Shown here piece by piece: positions 23,725-36,909 of a stretch of 64,000 bases of DNA (position 1 is its first letter; every line of letters begins with the position of its first letter). The translations under genes were made by a program, and so were the position numbers. The notes beneath the pieces are model-generated. The model did not search any database and was not told where the DNA came from. It saw only the letters and a program-made list of their open reading frames with translations. This DNA comes from Euprymna scolopes (taxonomy: Eukaryota), in assembly GCA_053919585.1 (NCBI GenBank), contig CM132807.1. One strand, given 5' to 3'.

Positions 23725-24010
23725 TTAAACCAAAATATCAGATTTCCCATAATAAATTGTAATTTAGACTTTGTATTTACTAGAATAATAATTAAGACTA
23801 TGTAAAAAGGAGGCACAAAATATCCGATGACGAAGATGGGTGCTTATCCCTTAACGAATTGTATAAAATTGAAATAAGAATTGTTCCCATGCACTTCTTT
23901 CCAATTTGACATTCATTTGGCAGAGCCACTCTCATAACACACGTGAGCGTTCTGACATAATTTATGCAAGGATATCAACGTTCACTAAAAATGAAATCAT
24001 CTAGCAGACA

Positions 24011-24063
<53 letters not shown>

Positions 24064-24457
24064 GACCAAACAGGTAATAAAACATGTTAAAAACACTTTG
24101 AAAAAGACTTAAAAACATATTTCTTCCCTCAAAAACAGGGTGTATTTTCATCCTGTTTCTTTTGTGACCCAAGCTCGCGAACACTTCCCCGACTGCTGTT
24201 GTTAAAATTTTCGTTAGGCAGCTCCTATTTGGCTGCTGCTGATATTTTCACACGCATATTACCCGGTCAGTTACATTATACATATTTGTCTTTGTTTTTT
24301 GAGGATCAACTCTATATACAAAAACATTGTTTTTGCGTCAACCTAGTATATATATTTGAAAATAATACTATATATTAAGTGCAATATGATATGAAATCAT
24401 TGATGGCGAATTTAAATACGGAAATATAATAGTTTTGTGTATTTTACGCCCCTACTT

Positions 24458-24506
<49 letters not shown>

Positions 24507-24759
24507 CACATATATACACATATACGCATATAATATATATATATGTATGACTTTGTGTTTTTTACTGTGACGTTGATATTAAAACGTTTATACCAATTTA
24601 AGCTCGTCGTTTAATGCATTTATTTTATTTAAACGTGTTGAACAATTAAATATCATAAGTTAACTTCGTAAAGTAATTATTTATCCTCGTAGGCAAATAA
24701 AATATTGTCATTTAATTCCTTTACTAATAAAATATGTTCATTTCATTCATTAACCAATG

Positions 24760-24978
24760 CCCTATTTTTATTTACCCCTCCTGACTTCAACTTGGATGTC
24801 TTCAAGTCCAACATAAGCAAATTCCTGATGAACCGCCCCCTTTAGTAGTGAAACTTTATCAAATCTCCAATACAAACTATCACTAGGATACTATCCCATT
24901 GATTACTGTACATACAATAACCCTTATCCCCGCGTTGCTTCTGTGCCTTGATAATTGGTGACCTTCATGTAAAAAAAA
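24760..24978 (+). mobile_element. 3' end of a CR1/L2-group LINE
   Basis: FNLDVFKSNISKFL followed by a 3' UTR with TGTGCCTTG and an A-rich tail, resembling the 3' ends at 38200-38360 and 40680-40835. Confidence 0.5.
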
Positions 24979-25559
24979 TGTTCCTCTCGTTTACTGATGA
25001 AAAGTCTTCATGTACATCGTTAAATAATGAAATATCTCCATTGAGCCTTTTTGTCTACTGAAACGTTTCCATTTTACCTCATTCCTCAATGAGATAAGTG
25101 AATATAATCCTTTTTCCAATGAAATATTTCCATTGACCGATTAAATAACAGTTAACAACCTCTTTAACATAACGTAAGAAGGTATTCACTTTATTAATGC
25201 ATATTCTAGAGGCAAACATCTAATTATAAACATATATTGCAACTCTGTAACAGTGAAACGTTTAATACAATGATAAATGGGTGATGTGACATTTATGACG
25301 TTATAGTAGGAATATCTATCAACTAGGATTCCATTTGTGAACCTTATAACTGAACTATTAAACTGTACACGCTTATAAGCAGGGCAGGAATGAGAAGGGG
25401 GCAATCTTAGTCGAAGTTAATGCTGCTAATAATGTTAGGCGAATCTATGCTAATAAATAAAAGATAATGAATTCCGAAATGCGAATTTTTATTATGTAAG
25501 ATATGAAAATAATCTGGAATCTTAATAATTCTAATAGTTATGAAAGAAACTCAACGCAG

Positions 25560-25900
25560 GATTTTAAAGACGAATTCAAAACGGATTTTAGAACCAAATA
25601 TATCTGGGAAAGCCAATACAAGATATATACACGCAATTGCACGAAAAATAGATCTCTGGATTGTAATAGATGTCATAACGTGCGAATGTGTTGCACTTCG
25701 TGAGATTCACTTTTCCCAGCTGAACAAAATTGATAAGAAATTTTAAATACAAAATATCTACATAGATAGGACACTCTGCAAAAACAATAAGCAAGAAGTA
25801 AATACTTATATCTTATGTAGGGCATTGGTTATATAACTTGAAATATATAAATATGCTGATTATTCAGGGATTAAAATAGATCTCTGTGTAGGCTCGTGTA
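25560..25900 (+). mobile_element. Very decayed LINE RT fragment
   Basis: QNGF.RTKYIWESQ (cf. QHGFR..SCETQL) and a downstream YADY (cf. YADD). Confidence 0.35.
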
Positions 25901-26773
25901 GAAATAATAAAAATATTATCTAACGAAATACCCAGTAAACTTGGTTCAAAATAGATCCAAACAAATAATTAAAATATATATAAAAATCATTAGTTGTCAT
26001 CACTGAAATATCCAATGAATACCTGACACGAATATCAAAAACAAGCCATAACCCTTGCCCTAACAGTTTCCCAGCAATATTACAAATGAAACAAAAAGAA
26101 TACCCTGATTTTCAGGATATGTGTGTCTAATTTATTCTATAAGGTTGCATCGGGATTTCTTCATCAGCAGACCTCCCATAGAAACGTTAATTGGAAAACA
26201 ACGAAACCGTTTTCCATGCGGACAATAAAACATAACTGGTCGATTATTCAAATCGTTTTCCCCTCATCGACTTTTAAATATGGTGCGGATTTTATTTCTT
26301 AAAAAGAAACTTCTCTAATGTCACAGTAAACATAAACTTAACGCCCCTTTCTTTCGTTGTTAGATCAGTCTCTAAATCGGAACAATGTGATGATTGAAGT
26401 TTCCATTGTCTGTTGTACGACGAGAGATTGCCAAGCGCAATAAGCCATTTTAAAATTTATCTACGATTTTTATGTGCAGCTCTTCAGTGTAAATATCGAT
26501 CTGTTCACGACTACTAAAAACAACACAATCCTTTTAACGTCTACATCTCGAATTCATGAAAGTGAAAAATAGGTAATAAAACTCTGCAAACGTTCGACTA
26601 AATCGATTGCAATAAATGTATAAATTATAGCTTTGAATACAAGAGACCGGTTGTGTACCCGACGTCAAAAGCGGTAAACAATATTTGAAGTTAGTCTCTA
26701 AAGACGATGTACGGATCTTCAGCGTGGAAAAGCATTGGCATAAGTAAATGGACGTATGGTACTTTTTCGTACA

Positions 26774-27080
26774 TCTATCTATTTATAAACGTGAATATAT
26801 GTGTCTGGGCACTAATCAACCTATATACTCAACAAAATTTTGATGTACAGACTTAAATTTGGTATATAAGTTATATAAAACGCTTTTCATCCGGAATTAA
26901 AGACCTACTAAGGGTCAAATTATTTCTTTTAGGAGATACTTTGAAGGTGGGCTGAGAATTGTTAACTGTTTCTCAATAGTTTCATGATTCTGCATGCGCG
27001 AATCGTTCACATTGTATTACGAATACGTATGTTTACAAAACAATATTTTAAACGTGCAATGCTGGCCGAATGGCTATCGT
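26774..27080 (+). mobile_element. Decayed Helitron-like element
   Basis: 5' A|TCTATCTATTTATAAACGTG, internal AAATTTGGTAT, and a degenerate 3' hairpin CGTGCAATGCTGGCCG...GCTA. Confidence 0.4.
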
Positions 27081-27248
27081 ACTTCACTCAGTATCTTAAG
27101 GGATTGGTTTTAATTAAAGTTCGAGTATTGACTCTTTTACATACAAGGAGTAAACTGTTTATTCACATGTTTTAGTTTTTTTACGGTTTAGACTGCATTT
27201 TTAAGAAATTTAACGGTACGTTTACCAACGGCCACCGTCTGGTGCATC

Positions 27249-27315
<67 letters not shown>

Positions 27316-27424
27316 CTATTTATTTACTCACATAAAATTAATATACGAAAGTATAGATTTATGCGTAAACTTTAAGTATTTACTTCAAAAGCTAGTTAGT
27401 AAGTTATAAAATGTATACGACGAT

Positions 27425-27477
27425 TAAGCTACACTGAATATTCTGCGTTTCATCCGCTCTAGGATTCTTCAGGCTTA
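27425..27477 (-). ncRNA. Type I hammerhead ribozyme
   Basis: UAAGC-CUGAAGA-AUCC(UAGAGC)GGAU-GAAA-CGCAGAAUAUUCAGU-GUA-GCUUA. Confidence 0.85.
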
Positions 27478-27483
27478 TGCGCA

Positions 27484-27536
27484 TAAGCCTGAAGAATCCT
27501 AGAGTGGAGGAAACGCGGAATATTCAGTGTAGCTTA
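27484..27536 (+). ncRNA. Type I hammerhead ribozyme (one stem II mismatch)
   Basis: UAAGC-CUGAAGA-AUCC(UAGAGU)GGAG-GAAA-CGCGGAAUAUUCAGU-GUA-GCUUA. Confidence 0.8.
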
Positions 27537-27559
27537 ATCGCAATATACATTTTATAACT

Positions 27560-27609
<50 letters not shown>

Positions 27610-27979
27610 ATATATTGATATATATATATATATAATTACAATTATAACATTATACATTATGCTAAACTGCTAATTTGAAAGTGTTCAGCACATAGTGTAA
27701 ATAGTAAATATAAGTAGCAGATAAAAGACTTGTAGCAAATATACTACAACTGGTTTTATTACTGTCTAAATTTTGTTTAACATAGATATTAAGCAATACC
27801 CCAGAAAATAATAGCTGTCTATTTGCGCTAAAATAAACATTTTTTCATTAATAATTAAATAATAGTAACTTGGAATTATCTGTATTAGTTAAAAAGAATT
27901 ATCTGAAAGATGTTATATCTGAAATCGTCTACGATGAATGTGTAAAAAATATCCGCCTTCTAAAGCATAAGAGGTTAGT

Positions 27980-28240
27980 AAAATATATTCGTTTAGCAGT
28001 CGAAACTGTATGAATTCATCTTTAACTAACTTAGATCCATGAACTCTGAGGTATTGCCCCAAATTCCCTTTTGACGCGAATACATGTAATGTTTTTAGAA
28101 TGTATGTAATACCTAATTCTCGACATCCTCCAGCATTACAAAACACACTTCTCCTTTAGAAAAAAAGCGTTCCTTCTATCGTTTGCTTACGATACTAGTT
28201 CCAAATCCGTTTTTGAAAACCAACTTGACAGATACTGAGC
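27980..28240 (+). mobile_element. Decayed CR1-like LINE 3' remnant
   Basis: Terminal SSKSVFENQLDRY* resembles the CR1 ORF2 end FKxxLDxxW. An upstream EYC.Q-like remnant is present. Confidence 0.35.
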
Positions 28241-29249
28241 CATTGTGCTGTTTATTTTGTCCATCAAGATGTTGTATTAGCACTGTATAATTCAGGCATG
28301 TCCACCATTCAAAGACTTTTTTCTCTTTTTAGTCGGAGTTACTTAATTTTTAACTCCGTGACCCATCCGCTCATTATATAAAGCACATCCAGGGAGCCTG
28401 TGTTATCCATCGCGTTGAATTATTTCCTAAGCATTCGAGCCCCGTGCAAAATTATTTTTGTAGATATGTATATTAATACCGCAGCAGATAGACGGCATCA
28501 ACAGAATAATATAGGCGAAACATTTTATTTCTATCTGAAACGGAAAACTAAAATAATTTTAAGATTAGTCCACAAAAAATTGAACTGCTAAGAATATGTT
28601 TAAGTAATAGAGAACAAGTTTCACTTATTTATTTCAACACCATTTTCAGACTCAACATATGAGACTCCGTCGACACACAGCGAATTGCCACATTTCCGAA
28701 CCACGTTTACACCTTCTTTTATTTTAAATTGTAACTTCAAGGATTTTATTGTATTGGCAATACACAATACTCCGAGCGATTTTCGTTTACCTCCTTTCGT
28801 AAATATAACCTACTTTATTTGTTTAAACGGGTGAAACGCTGCCGTAAATAATTTGATGAATCGCTCTGTTTAAGTTCTCATGTTTTAAAAGCAAATCGGC
28901 TTAAAATTATACACCGATGATTTTAGTAGCAATTTCTAAGTAAGCTGCTTTCCATATGGATAGTTTAAATCCAAACTAAACTTTTTTTGTAAAGTGAAAA
29001 TTGCCCAAAGAACTGCCTACTCGCAACATTAATCACATTTTGAGAATTCGACTCATTAATTTAATACCAATCTATTTAATGCCGGAAGATGATGTGAAAG
29101 GTATGTGGTATGGATTTTAAAATCGATTGTTATAACGCATATGCGTTTAATTTGATATAATGAATGTAAATCTATGCAATATCATTTAATTAATGAAGTT
29201 TTTTTTTCATTCCGTATATTTTAGCTCGGTAGATGACGCTTTTCTTCTC

Positions 29250-29629
29250 AAACACACTATAACACAAAGTAATAAAACACACTATAACACAAGGTAATAA
29301 AACACACTATAACACAAGGTAATAAAACACACTATAACACAAGGTAATAAAACACACTATAACACAAGGTAATAAAACACACTATAACACAAGGTAATAA
29401 AACACACTATAACACAAGGTAATAAAACACACTATAACACAAGTAATAAAACACACTATAACACAAGGTAATAAAACACACTATAACACAAGGTAATAAA
29501 ACACACTATAACACAAGGTAATAAAACACACTATAACACAAGGTAATAAAACACACTATAACACAAGGTAATAAAACACACTATAACACAAGGTAATAAA
29601 ACACACTATAACACAAGGTAATAAAACAC
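29250..29629 (+). repeat. 25-bp minisatellite, about 15 near-perfect copies
   Basis: Unit AACACACTATAACACAAGGTAATAA. Confidence 0.97.
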
Positions 29630-30993
29630 GGACGGGCGTTTAGACTCAGAAACAACAAACAGTGCATGCAAATAGCTAAGCGGCTGCGAGGTTATGTCAC
29701 ATGTGCGATGTGATGTCACATCATGGAAAAAGAAACGGAAATAATAAGAAAACAAGGATATTTGGGATCAGACAAATAGGAAAAAAATGTGTTATACACG
29801 TGAGTCAAGAGCGACTAGAAAAATATGCGTCCTAAATATAGTCATAGGTGGATAGAGTACATCGTGTTCGACAGGACAGAACCTTGTTAAGCACATTTGA
29901 GTACGAGAAGAACTCTTAACAAGGGACAAAGCGAAGGTTTAAACGTTAAATGCATTTTACATTGATATTTCGATTAGTTCATTTGTATTATTTCGTCTTT
30001 ATCCATTGCAATAATTCCTTTTAATTTTATTTCATTTGTTAGCAAACAGTCATAAACGCCCCCTAGCAAAATGATCTATGACTGAATACAAAAGTTGGTA
30101 TACTCNNNNNNNNNNNNNNNNNNNNNNNNNNNNNNNNNNNNNNNNNNNNNNNNNNNNNNNNNNNNNNNNNNNNNNNNNNNNNNNNNNNNNNNNNNNNNNN
30201 NNNNNNNNNNNNNNNNNNNNNNNNNNNNNNNNNNNNNNATTTTTACATGCATATAGTGTTCCCCTCAATTGTATATGTGTGTGTATTGTGTATTATTGTT
30301 GCCTCGTTTTTAGAGCAATGCTTCATTTACCATCTAAGGGAACATGACTTTTGACATTAAAACTACTTTACATATATTATAACTTCAAGAAAAACTGTAA
30401 AACATGCTTTTGCTCGTTTCCAGTTAAATTTGATTTTTATGTCCATAGATCATTTATCTGAGGTCTGGTCATTTATATATTTAGATTATTCAAACTTGTC
30501 TTTTTCAAGGAACATTCTCACATCATTTCTGTCGATGTATCCTTGTGTATTTTGTCGAATTAAAAAATCTGCAAGAAAATAAAGACTGAACAATTTATTC
30601 CGTCCACAACGGTAGCATAAACTCGTTCAGTAAGGAATAATATACTACACGTGGTAACCAATTGCAATATTAATTTCGTACACACTCACGATTAAAACTT
30701 AAACTTGCAGAGAACTGTATCTCGGAACAGTAACTCGGAAAAGTACTTTACATGTTACTACACAGTTCTTCATGCAATGTGTCTAACAAAACTAAAATGA
30801 TATAGAATAGATTACTGGACAATTGTACGATTTACTAATGGATCGGAAACATCAAGTGATTTAATGTGTTGACAATAGATGATCGGTCATTACAGATTAG
30901 GTGATCAGAGAGACAAAGTTTGCAATAAAAAGTATACTGGATGCAAACTATTACATTTTTATGTGCAAATAAAGCATAATTGTACATTGATTT

Positions 30994-31080
<87 letters not shown>

Positions 31081-31350
31081 CTTTGCATAATGTAGTCATT
31101 CCAATAATATTTCGACAAACGAATGTTGCTCAATAGAATTGCGTTCAGCAAAGTGTCCGTCACAGAAACAACAGAGATAATAACACAGGGGTGTGTCGTA
31201 GACTGTACACGCTTCTCTTCCTTTTTTTTAAATTAGCATTATTAATGTAGCACTATCAATGCAGCATACTCTATTCACTTTGTCCCATTATTTTCTAATA
31301 TTATACAAAAAATTCGTTCTTTATCTTTATCTGTCTTTCTCTCGCTCGAT

Positions 31351-31403
<53 letters not shown>

Positions 31404-32907
31404 AAAGTTTGGTGGTAAAATTTTAAATTCTAAAAAAACAACATATAGACACATATATTCGATTTAAGACTTTATTGTTTGACAAAATGAATATATAGAA
31501 CGGGTTATGTTGATTTCCTTAATCCATTAATTTTCAATATTGGCTCATATCATCAGAGGAAAAGAAATACGGTTAGCAAAATGTTCAGCTGCGAATGGAC
31601 GCTTATTTCGCTTTTCTGCACAATTATTGAAAATATTTTTTGGAGTGGTAGTGGATAATTATATGGAAAAACAATATTATTTTGGCTTCATGCTCGGGAG
31701 GCAGTTGATAGGGTCTGTCACAGAGATAACTTCAAATTATTTCCAGCTACTGAACACTTAAATACCTGTAATACCATCAACCTCGCTCTCCCAAGTACTT
31801 CTTGGAGGTGGGAAGGATCAAGCATAAAGTATTGCTCAAGCGTCGATATTTCGTATCTACATCGGCAGTCGCTCAAATCATATTCTACCATATTTGCAGG
31901 CGATACAACTATAAACGACCGACCTGAACCATTGTTTTTTTTCTGATGTTCTTTCTTTCCACATTAATCGCATGTAATAATCAATTACTACCTGCATTTA
32001 ATCTATTCAAAACTAAAATTTTACTTTTACACACAATGTGCTCTCATATCTACTTGGACCGAATTTAAATAAGTGCTATCGTCTTGAAGAAGCACGCTTC
32101 GACACATGTTTTGAATTTATTTCCACTCCCGGTCTGAAATGAAAAAGAGATTCCAAATTCTGTGCTGAAGACGTTAGACAAATTGTTGGATCATTATAAA
32201 AATTGCAGAAAATATATCAATCCTGACACAATCGTCTACAAGAAAAAATACGTTCTGCCTTTATTTGGTAGGTCTTTGAAACAAACAGAAGTAATATTTC
32301 TATGTCTTCTAACTTCCTCTTGCTTGTAGAAAAGGTGTTGCAAATCGATTAAACAAGAGCTAGACTAAGCTGTAGTCCATTGTCCGATCTGAAAAAGATT
32401 CGTCGCAAATAGCAGTCTAGCCATAAACAATTCCCCTAACTTTCCATTTCTGCCAAAAATTGAACACTGATTCTATTAGCAAAGTTTCCTTTCTAGACAT
32501 GCCATTCCGCTGAACATGATATTCTAGTGCTTCGTCTCAGCTGCTTATATTTNNNNNNNNNNNNNNNNNNNNNNNNNNNNNNNNNNNNNNNNNNNNNNNN
32601 NNNNNNNNNNNNNNNNNNNNNNNNNNNNNNNNNNNNNNNNNNNNNNNNNNNNNNNNNNNNNNNNNNNNNNNNNNNNNNNNNNNNNTTCANNNNNNNNNNN
32701 NNNNNNNNNNNNNNNNNNNNNNNNNNNNNNNNNNNNNNNNNNNNNNNNNNNNNNNNNNNNNNNNNNNNNNNNNNNNNNNNNNNNNNNNNNNNNNNNNNNN
32801 NNNNNNNNNNNNNNNNNNNGCTGTATTATTATATTTCTTTTTCGTCTTCTCCAATCTCCGATTAGTTTTCTTTTCTTTCTTTTTTTTTCAAAATTGTATG
32901 TTGGATC

Positions 32908-32955
32908 CATAGGGAGCGCTTTCAACAGAGATACCTCTATCATCCTCAGGCATGT
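32908..32955 (-). ncRNA. Degenerate minimal type I hammerhead
   Basis: CUGAGGA-stem II (GAUAGAG GUAU CUCUGUU)-GAAA-GCGC-UC. Stem I has two mismatches next to the core. Confidence 0.5.
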
Positions 32956-34014
32956 TGTGCTGGAGAAATTTTGTATTTCCTTCTCTTAATATATGTATAT
33001 ACATACTTTATCACGGTCACGTTGTGGCTTATTATGAATTTGGTAGGAGGGCTTTTTCCATATATAATATAACTATTATATATAGGTATGTACATATATT
33101 AAATGTATTTATATAAATATTGTATGCTATATATGTGCATACATGTTCATGTAATCACCCGTGCTACTGAGATTACGTCCTTAGGCCACGAATTATCTTC
33201 GAAAACTGACATTTCAAGACAAAAAAAAACATTTCCTCATTTCATTTACAAAATTATAAATCTTGTCACCCAATATTGGTGGGGGTTTATGTGTGGAAAG
33301 ATTAGTAAGGTTCTTGAGCGATCCATTCTTCGCAGGTTTTTATCTTTCCATATCTTAACCCCTTAATATTTAATTCTATATTTTATTCTTTTTTATCTTT
33401 CACATCCGTTGGTCTTGCGATATAACGTGCTTGAGAGAAAAGACATTATGTCTCACCTAGCCGGTGGTCAAAATAGCATAGATATTTCCGGTGGCTACCC
33501 AGTGGGATTAGGTCGGTATTCTTCGTTTACATACATATTCTATTCTAGAAGCCAAACACACAGATATACATATACATTCAGGAGTGGATACACACGTTTG
33601 TAATATTCCAATCTACACATAGGCACAGAAATATAAATTATAAGTATGAAAACAAAATCAATACAAAATTCATGAAGACTACCGACTTCTGCACACATGA
33701 ATATACATAAATCCATGTACAAAAATCCATATTTTGATACACCCGCATACATATATACATATATAAACATACACACACATATATACATAATGTCTATATA
33801 TAGTTAAATACATTTACACTAAACGTAGACGCACACCCATACAATCTGCATAGATACACAACAACTAGTTATCTCTATACCGACACTCAACATAAATATC
33901 CATACACCTGTGCAATTATATCCTACCCCTATTATTATACTAGTACCCATAAAACTGTATATTGGGAACTTTAAAACCTGTATCCCCAAGAAAATACCCT
34001 TAGACCTTTCAATA

Positions 34015-34045
<31 letters not shown>

Positions 34046-34210
34046 CGCGTATCGACTCATATATATCTAAATATAAATATTAGATACATAGATATATAGA
34101 TATTTATATACACACAGATATACATCTACATGTATACAAACACATACACATATACCTACTTGTCTCTAACGTATAAATATGCCGTCATACAAGTACATAC
34201 ACAAAAAGTA

Positions 34211-34279
34211 TTTAATAAATTTTATTTAATTTAATAAATTTTATTTAATAAATTTTATTTAATAAATTTTATTTAATAA
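34211..34279. repeat. Short AT-only tandem repeat (TTAATAAATTTTAT-type, about 4 copies)
   Basis: Direct reading. Confidence 0.85.
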
Positions 34280-34585
34280 GGGTACTTCTATCTTCGCAGG
34301 TGTGGTAACCCCTTTATATGAAACCGGGTACTATTATAGTTTCATAGGCGTACACTCATATGTGAAATTTTATACATACATAGAGGTTTCATGATTCCGT
34401 CATATCAAGCACTAGCAGTTCTTTGCTCTGGTCGTATGTANNNNNNNNNNNNNNNNNNNNNNNNNNNNNNNNNNNNNNNNNNNNNNNNNNNNNNNNNNNN
34501 NNNNNNNNNNNNNNNNNNNNNNNNNNNNNNNNNNNNNNNNNNNNNNNNNNNNNNNNNNNNNNNNNNNNNNNNNNNNNNNNNNNNN

Positions 34586-35291
34586 TCTACATCTAAAATT
34601 TCACGTGTTTAGAAACACAAATATGGTGGAGAAATTTGGTAGATCAACTCTTTCAACTTTGATCTGTTGCCAGCAAAATGTTCGCAAAAAAACTGAGTAA
34701 ATATCTTCACGCATGTCTGAATACCCTTTTTGTAACATTTTTCATGTTTAGACCAAAACTTGTATGAATAGTTTGCTTGATACAGCAAAAGACAAATCTT
34801 TTTAACTGTGACCTCTTAGCAGCCACATTTTCTGCAAATAGCCGAGAAAAAAACTTGTCCTATTTCTGAATTTACTTTATGTAAAATTTCAAAGTGTTAG
34901 ACCAACAATAGGCTTAGTAATTTAGTAGAGACCGCCGAGGTCACTTTTTATTAAATTTTGACCCCAATTATGCCCTCTTAAGATATATTGGGCTCAAAAT
35001 TAAAAAGTTTGATCTATGTCCAAGTTATCTACATTTTAAATTTCAAGTGTTTAGACCCCAAACTAGCGTAGGAGTTTCGTACAGTTTTCAAAGGTTAAAC
35101 TGTTGAATTTTGGCTAATTGCATACCAAATTTCTAGCCAAAAACTGATTCAAAGGCGTTCCCCAAATCTCAATATCTCTTATGCCAAATCTTGAGTCTGT
35201 AGACTGAAAATTGACAGAGTGATTCGCTAGGGAAATGTACACACAGAGACACACAGGCAGACAGAACATTTAAATTTTATAGATATATAGA
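34586..35291 (-). mobile_element. Repeat family A, longest copy, with several ~125-bp subrepeats
   Basis: Iterated AAAATTTCA(A)GTGTTTAGAC modules and the same ACACAG...TTTTATAGATATATAGA terminus. Confidence 0.65.
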
Positions 35292-36909
35292 GGGTATGGA
35301 AGGATTTCCGGACTATAAATTTAATAATTAACTTCCAAAGAGTGTAACATTTATAACTGAATTCTGCGTAGTGCCTGAGAAGTCGTTGTAAACAATTCTT
35401 TGTGAGATTTTTTTTGCTTTAAAAATGAAAATACTAGTATTTATTACTACATAATAATGTATTTATTTGCTTTTTTTCCTACTTTTTGAAAACGAGCTTT
35501 TCCCACAATTCCATGGAATCTCAAACAAAGTAGGGTCTCAGTAATGATATTTTTCTTTGGATACTGGATTCGGCAATTTGTTTCCGGTTAGTCGAACCCC
35601 TCATAAATATTATCCTTATTTCATATTTAATACTTAAATTTTAATCTGTATCAGACAGGGCTTTGGAAACTGTGAAATCTTTGAAAAATGACATCGAGCA
35701 AGACGTTGGAACAATAACTCCCAAGATGAGAACACTAGTCCGAAGAATTAAAATAAAACGAATAATGAGTGGTTGCTTGTCTTTTTAGGCTTTCGATTTC
35801 TTGAGTGTTAACTATTTTGTATTTTTACCATTAAGAGTAGTAGGAATCACTTGGTTACAAATCGATAAGCAATCGTATTATGTAATTGTAAGAATATATC
35901 TTTAAATGCATCAAAGCGATAATAGATGACGATAATTTCAAGTCATCTTGCGTAATCAAACATAATATGAGATCTCATTATTTCTCTTAAGTGTGCGTGT
36001 GCTTATCTCGCTGGAAAATAGTTTCAGAATTATTTATCTTCAAATATTTTATTCATGTTATTTTCTACGCTAAAAAGATACAAAAGACTTGGATTTCCAA
36101 AATAAATTTCAAATAAAAAATGATCATTCAAAAGAAGATAGATATAAGTGACATTCAATAGAAATTGTAAATCTCATTAAGAGAAACGCAACATATTTGT
36201 TTTATTTTACGAATTCTTGTCAACAAATCATTATTATTTATAACTTATTTCTAAAAAAATACAAAGCAACGCTTGTGTATAAGGAAAGGTCGAGAAAAAT
36301 CAAGAATGCGCACGACAATAGACGCACAAATACAAAGAAAGAATGCTACATGGAGTTGTCCAGTTGCATATACTAGCAGAGCTATCGGGCGTTTTCAGAG
36401 GCAAAATGCCACGTTTATTTTTAAACTTCTCCCAGTACACCTCTTTCTAGACAACACTCTTTTTTCTATATTTTCCCCATTCCCTCAAACTTTAAAAACT
36501 CTATAACTCTCTCTCTCTTTCTCTTCAATCTGTCTTGATTTTCTCTAATGCAGACAGCTCCTATTTTTTATTAGACTCTCCAAAGAAAGGCCCCATAATC
36601 TTCGTTTCTGTTTAGTAAATAAAAACATTTAAACTCTGTACTTAGTTTAAAGCTGACGCTGCTGGTCAAAGATAATGAATATTTTCAGAATTTTTAAATA
36701 GTATTTCATCTGGCCGACGCTGATCAATAATATACAAACGTTTGGAGTCTTCGTTTTTGCTGAACATGCATGCATACACGCATACACGCATAACAATTTC
36801 TTTTGTAAAAGACTGCAATTTCCCAATGTGCCAATTCAGTTATAACGACTTACCGTGTTAGAATACATACATATGTAACAGAAATGTTGCGGAGAGTTTT
36901 TTTTTTATT

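Larger units (their letters stand above)
27315..27564. mobile_element. Short element in (TA)n with a 168-bp palindrome containing two opposed hammerheads
   Basis: Arms at 27397-27480 and 27481-27564, centred on TTATGC|GCATAA. The head matches 440-540. Confidence 0.85.
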
